From positions 2,224,004-2,288,003 of the forward strand of contig OY970343.1 in assembly GCA_963717525.1 (NCBI GenBank): a stretch of 64,000 nt of DNA, read 5' to 3'. Below are positions 59,205 to 64,000 of the stretch, piece by piece. How positions within the stretch are numbered: position 1 is the first letter of the stretch; each line of letters opens with the position of its first letter. A program made the position numbers and the translations under genes. This DNA comes from an uncultured Methanoregulaceae archaeon. Lineage in GTDB: Archaea; Halobacteriota; Methanomicrobia; Methanomicrobiales; Methanospirillaceae. Below the pieces are notes generated by a model. The model did not search any database, was not told the DNA's origin, and saw only the letters and a program-made list of their open reading frames with translations.

Positions 59205-60233
59205 GCAGGGCGGGTACGTTTTCGCAAAGAAGGCAGGAGCCCTGGCTCACGGTGAGGGCGATATGCGTGTCGCCCGGCTGGCGAGTAACGAGAACCCCGA
59301 GGCCCCCTCACCGGCAGCGATAGCAGCAGCGCAGGCCGCGATTCTCGGCGCCAACCGGTACCCTGACGAGCGGGTGGATGTGCTGGTCTCTGCACTCCGT
59401 GCCCATTACGGGGAGTATACCTTTGTGACCGGTGTCGGCATGGACGGGGTGATCGAGACCCTGATGCGGACACTTGTTGATCCCGGAGAGACGGTGGCGG
59501 TATCGACCCCCACCTTCTCCTTCTACGGGCTCGCCGGACAGGCACAGGGGGCAAAGGTAATTCCGGTCCCGCGCCGGGCGGATTTCTCGGTCGATACCGG
59601 TGCGCTCGTGCGGGCCGGGAAGGACGCGAAGATCGTGGTGCTCTGTACACCGAACAACCCGACCGGGAACGCGACGCCTGTATAAGGATATTCAGAAGGT
59701 TCTCGAGGGGATTGGTGGCGTGCTTTTCCTCGACAACGCGTATATCGAATTCTCAGGCATCGATTACCTTCCCCTCCTGCGGAAGTACGAGAACCTCGTG
59801 ATCGGCCGGACATTCTCAAAAGTGCACTCTCTTGCCGGCCTCCGGATCGGGTACGCGTTTGTCCCGGCCTGGCTCCAGCCGTTCTACCTCCGTGCGGGCA
59901 CACCCTTTACGGTGAACTCGGTCTCGGCAGCGGCAGCGGCAGCGGCACTTACTGACAAGGGGCATGCGGCACGGTATATTACGCAGGTCACCGCATGGCG
60001 GAAGCGTTTCAGCGATGCGCTGCACTTACCCGGTCCTGCCCTCGGATGCCAATTTTGTATTGGTCGACGTGGCACCCCACACCAGCGACGAGGTCGTGGA
60101 GAAGCTGGCCACGCGGGGCGTGCTGGTACGCTCGTGCAGAAGTTTTACAGGACTTGACGACCATTATATCCGGGTGAGTATCGGAGAGGATTGGGAGAAC
60201 GAACGGTTTGTACGGGAGTTAAACGCGCTATGA
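59176..60233 (+). CDS. hisC: Histidinol-phosphate aminotransferase (frameshifts near 59683 and 60026)
   Basis: LASNENP, NRYPD, PNNPTG, RTFSKVHSLAGLRIGY, SDANFVL, IRVSIG. Confidence 0.9.
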
Positions 60234-60742
60234 TGTGCGGCATCACCGGGACGCCGGGGACCGGGAAATCCACCGTGGCAGATGAACTTGCCCGTCGGGG
60301 GCACCGGGTGGTCCATATCTCGGATGTCGTGCAGCCCTACGTGCTGGGAAAAGACCCGGAGCGGGATACGCAGATCATCGATACCGACCGGATGGTGGAC
60401 GAATTTGTGCCCTTCGATGGCTTTGTCGAGGGGCATTTTGCCCACCTGTTGCCCTGTGACCGGATCGTGGTGCTGCGCCTGCGGCCTGACAAGCTGGCCG
60501 CCCGGCTTGCAGCCCGCGGGTATTCTCCGGACAAGATCGGGGAGAACCGGGATGCCGAAGCGCTGGATGTCTGCCTGATCGAGACGGTGGAACAGTACGA
60601 GCCTGGCGAGGTTTTTGAACTGGACACGACCGGCATGAGCCCTGCCGGCTGTGCCGATACCATCGAACAGTTTTACCGGGGGGAGATCCCGGCCTCGTTC
60701 GGGACGATTGACTGGTCGGCCTATGCCGGGGTGTCACCATGA
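60230..60742 (+). CDS. AK6/Fap7-type adenylate kinase
   Basis: ITGTPGTGKST, VEGHFAH, LAARGYSPDKIGEN. Confidence 0.9.
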   Translation: MMCGITGTPGTGKSTVADELARRGHRVVHISDVVQPYVLGKDPERDTQIIDTDRMVDEFVPFDGFVEGHFAHLLPCDRIVVLRLRPDKLAARLAARGYSPDKIGENRDAEALDVCLIETVEQYEPGEVFELDTTGMSPAGCADTIEQFYRGEIPASFGTIDWSAYAGVSP

Positions 60743-61336
60743 CGCTCGACCAGTTCCGCCCCCACGTCAAGGTCTACTTTGACCCGCTCGTGCGGTTTGC
60801 CATACGGTGCAGGATCACGCCCAACGTCCTGACCATAGCAGCGTTCGTGGCATCGGCAGTGGCCGGCATCCTCTTCTTTTTCCGCCTGGAACTCTGGGCG
60901 GTCCTTGCGGTCGCCATAAATGCGTTCTGCGATGCGATGGACGGGGCGGTCGCCCGGGAGACAAAGAGCCAGAGCCTGCGGGGTGACTTCCTTGACCATG
61001 CGGTCGACCGGTACGCTGACATCTTCATCATCACCGGTATTTTCGCAAGCGGCCTCGTACCCTGGCCGATCGGCGTGCTCGCGCTCACCGGGGTCCTGAT
61101 GTCGTCGTACCTGGGCACACAGGCGCAGGCGGTCGGCGTGGGACAGGTACTATGGCGGGGTTCTGGGCCGGGCAGACCGGCTCGTGCTGATTATGCTGGC
61201 CGGGATCGCCACGCTTATTTTCCCACTGACGATATACAGCCTGAACTGGCTGGGCTGGCTCCTCCTGCTCTTCGGGGTCTTCGGCCATGTCACCGCGTTC
61301 CAGCGGTTCGCGTACGCGTGGAGAAAGATGGAGTGA
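60739..61336 (+). CDS. CDP-alcohol phosphatidyltransferase, archaetidylinositol-phosphate synthase-like (frameshift near 61144)
   Basis: TPNVLT, DAMDGAVAR...GDFLDHAVDRYAD; continues RYYGGVLGRADRL in shifted frame. Confidence 0.9.
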
Positions 61337-61374
61337 ACTCTCCGTCTCCTTAAAACTCTTTTTCTACCCAATCG

Positions 61375-61562
61375 CACAGCACATGCTGACGGAGGGGACA
61401 GTGCCTGTCCCCCCGCACCGCCCCTGCGCGTAGCGATGATGCCGTATTACCTTCCCGGGGGTGATCACTCATAGTGGAATAATCAATGGGGGTCAAGGGG
61501 ATGCACCCCCTGGGCTGCCTCCCCCTCTGGGGGAGAGAGGGGGTCACCCTCGCATATCTGTG
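61375..61562. repeat. Structured GC-rich palindromic element (MITE/REP-like) between convergent genes
   Basis: Four G/C hairpins and imperfect terminal inverted repeat CACAG..ATGC / GCAT..CTGTG. Confidence 0.5.
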
Positions 61563-61682
61563 AAATATCAGGATACAAAGATCAGGGAATTTTTTCGGCA
61601 GGAACGATTGGTTCACGGATTTTTCTGAAAGGGTAAAGAGCCTGAAAAAACATGCTTTAATCCCTCATTCACGGAATTGTTG

Positions 61683-62345
61683 TTAATGGTGTGATGCGCT
61701 TTTTTCCGCCAGATCCCGGATATATTCCAGCGCCACGATCGCGTCCTCCCGTTTCTGGTCGGCCGGGGAGGCGGCAGCAAAGGCCAGAAAGCGCTCTTTT
61801 GTCGCCGCATCGATGGCATCCCCCGCAACAGCTGCGATCTTCGGGTAGGTGCGCTGCGGGTAGAAGACCGAGCGTGCGGCGCCGAGCAGGGCCGCGTGGG
61901 CCGTTGGGGTGATGATGCCGGCCGCCTCTGCTTTTTTGAGCGTGCAGCGGATGTTGATGAGCGGCTCAGAGAGCGCATATCCCGAGACCGGGTCAAAGAC
62001 GAGCGCCACCTCGTCGTCGGACGTGATCGTGCCATCCTTATACATATGGTAAATCCTTCCGATGCCGGTCATCCCCAGCGTATCCATCTCCGCCGCCCGG
62101 AGCGCCCCCATGCTGGATGCACCAACCACGGTAATGCCTCCCTTGACTGCAGTAAGGATCTCCCGGTGGGCGACGGCGCAGTCCTGGTGGAAGACCCCGT
62201 CGATGAGGCCGATGATATCTGCGCCGTCCGCGACCGCGGCGAGGATATCGCCCCGTTTTGCCGGCGGCCGGTACTCTGCGGCGAGGATCTTTGCTGCCGA
62301 TGCCTGATCAAGGCTTGGCCCGAGAAAGACGATGATTCTTGGCAT
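61683..62345 (-). CDS. tfuA: TfuA-family McrA-glycine thioamidation protein
   Basis: VFLGPSL, PPAKRGD, IGLIDGVF, GASSMGALRAAE, DDEVAL, DQKREDA. Confidence 0.95.
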   Translation of the reverse strand: MPRIIVFLGPSLDQASAAKILAAEYRPPAKRGDILAAVADGADIIGLIDGVFHQDCAVAHREILTAVKGGITVVGASSMGALRAAEMDTLGMTGIGRIYHMYKDGTITSDDEVALVFDPVSGYALSEPLINIRCTLKKAEAAGIITPTAHAALLGAARSVFYPQRTYPKIAAVAGDAIDAATKERFLAFAAASPADQKREDAIVALEYIRDLAEKSASHH

Positions 62346-63519
62346 GCTTCACCCTCTCCCCCCTCCGTGCCGGGTCCATCGCAAAGACCTCGAGGCCCGG
62401 CACGATCACCCTGACCACCGGAACGCCGATCTCCTCCCGGGTCAGGTCGACGACGATCACCCGGTCAAGCCCCTGTTTGTTCAGGGCGTCGATGGCAAAC
62501 CGGATATCGTTTGCGAAATCGTCGCTATCAAACGACCGGAGGTTCCCGTAGTCCACGCTCCCGTTGTCTTTGAACCAGTACCCGTTGATCCGTTTCACCC
62601 GGTCATAGCCCATCTTTTTCCGGAGATCTGCGGTCACCGTGTCCTCACGGGCACCGTGGATCTGGGTGAGCCGGCTCTGCGCCACTTCCGTGAGCGCCCG
62701 CATCACCGCGATGCGTGCATTCGTGTGGGTACCGATCCCGATCGTGAGCAGGGTGGGGTCTTTTAAGAGCACGTCGTCTGCTACCGCAGCCATGGTGGGA
62801 ATGCCGACATCGCTGGTGATATCCCGCAGGGTAACCTCGACCTGTGCATCACTGAACTTCTTCTGCATCTCCGCAAGCATGGGGTCGTCGATACCGGTCA
62901 CCGCCGGGCCGGTGTCCCGGCAGGCCTCCACGAGCGACCATGCGTCCCGTTCGATCACCTCGCAGAGCGCATGGAAGATCGCCTCCTCCCGGGTGTTCCC
63001 CGAGGCAAGGCCGTTCGTTGAAGTCCGGAAGATCTGCCGGAAGTTCCGGGGGAGCGGGTGGAAAACCGCCTGCGCCGGCACGAGCACCGGCTTGTCGTTT
63101 GCGATATCCCAGCCCTCGACCCAGGGGAGCACGTGCCCGGTGTCCGTATCTTCGGGGAGGATAAGGTCCTCGGGGTTGACGGCCGGCTCGCGCCCCTCGA
63201 TCATCTCGAAGGTGTCAAGCCTGACCTTCCGGTCGTGGATCTCCGAGGAATACCGCTCGATCCCCTCCATGATCCCGGAGATCCGCGACTCCTCCACGGT
63301 CGCCCCCTTGCCGTTGTAGACCGTGATCGCCCCATCCTCCGCGGTCGGCCTGATGCAGGAGAAGACAGGGATGCCGATCCGGTCGAGCCCGGTGATCTCC
63401 GCGACTCTGGTGATACCGGCGGCCGGGATCTTTGGTTCGATACGTGCGAGGGTTTCTTCGAGCGGCACTGCCCGCTGGGTCTCGATGTTGTAGGTCTTTT
63501 TGCAGGAGGAAAGGTGCAT
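62308..63519 (-). CDS. ycaO: YcaO-family McrA-glycine thioamidation enzyme
   Basis: ITGLDRIGIPV, YNGKG, MEGIERYS, TNGLASGN, EVIERDA, TEVAQSR, VRVIVPGLE. Confidence 0.95.
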   Translation of the reverse strand: MHLSSCKKTYNIETQRAVPLEETLARIEPKIPAAGITRVAEITGLDRIGIPVFSCIRPTAEDGAITVYNGKGATVEESRISGIMEGIERYSSEIHDRKVRLDTFEMIEGREPAVNPEDLILPEDTDTGHVLPWVEGWDIANDKPVLVPAQAVFHPLPRNFRQIFRTSTNGLASGNTREEAIFHALCEVIERDAWSLVEACRDTGPAVTGIDDPMLAEMQKKFSDAQVEVTLRDITSDVGIPTMAAVADDVLLKDPTLLTIGIGTHTNARIAVMRALTEVAQSRLTQIHGAREDTVTADLRKKMGYDRVKRINGYWFKDNGSVDYGNLRSFDSDDFANDIRFAIDALNKQGLDRVIVVDLTREEIGVPVVRVIVPGLEVFAMDPARRGERVKHAKNHRLSRAKP

Positions 63520-63681
63520 GGAGGTCACCGGGTGTTGCAGCGTGGATGGAACTGTCCTTTCAATGAGGTTTCACCTTATTGTGGTTTATACATGTTCATC
63601 TTTAGGCACAGGAGCGAAGGAGCGGATGGTACGGGTCACCCCCGGGTATATTATCTACCCGCGGCAACGGTGGTATGAACT

Positions 63682-64000
63682 ATGGATTATTCCTACCTTG
63701 CCCTGAAATTTCTCATTGGAGGCGGTGTCCTCGTGGGTGTTACGTTTCTTGCAGAGCAGGCCGACCCGAAGTACGGGGGCATTCTCGCAGCAGCCCCGAT
63801 CACCACGACGCTTGCCATTCTCTTTACCTATTCCGAAGCCGGGCAGGCGACAACACAACAGCTGGTGATGGATGCGTTCTGGTTTGTCATCCCTACCCTG
63901 CTGTTCCTCCTTGCTCTCTACCTCCTCATGGCCCGCTATCCCCTTCTCCCCAGTTTCGGGGGAGCATATGGGGTCTGGCTTGCGGCAGTCGTGGTGATGA
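63682..64000 (+). CDS. GlpM/DUF3147-like membrane protein (runs off window edge)
   Basis: Manual translation MDYSYLALKFLIGGGVLVGVTFLAEQADPKYGGILAAAPITT... Confidence 0.75.
   Translation, partial: MDYSYLALKFLIGGGVLVGVTFLAEQADPKYGGILAAAPITTTLAILFTYSEAGQATTQQLVMDAFWFVIPTLLFLLALYLLMARYPLLPSFGGAYGVWLAAVVVM

Noticed and set aside
58295..59650. Long minus-strand ORFs opposite argD/hisC, and similar shadows elsewhere
   Set aside because: Antisense ORFs typical of GC-rich coding DNA, with no recognisable motifs

Overview
Core chromosomal segment of a Methanomicrobiales methanogen; the 16S rRNA and gene content look Methanoregula-like. It holds cofactor genes (cofG, cofC, mfnA, ycaO-tfuA), a glyA-folD-folP-cofE-like folate operon and an smc-scpA locus with an upstream coiled-coil gene but no scpB. 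It also holds a full rRNA operon (16S, tRNA-like remnant, 23S, tRNA-Cys, 5S) behind three tandem promoter modules, tRNA-Val(GAC), ppsA/serA, nre/lig, hisD, pyrG-guaAB-argD-hisC-AK6, and a TPR + DUF2791/BrxD-type ATPase pair. About 13 single-base frameshifts, many in essential genes, point to assembly indel errors rather than pseudogenes. Best leads: (1) a CofE-family ligase coupled to folP as a possible FolC substitute; (2) an anticodon-less tRNA-like element where the spacer tRNA-Ala normally sits; (3) repeated promoter + box C/D-like modules in the rRNA leader; (4) a helicase-less TPR/BrxD-like module; (5) a receiver-HisKA-receiver protein with no ATPase domain; (6) a structured MITE/REP-like element near 61.4-61.6 kb. 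All calls rest on motif recognition by eye; no searches were run.
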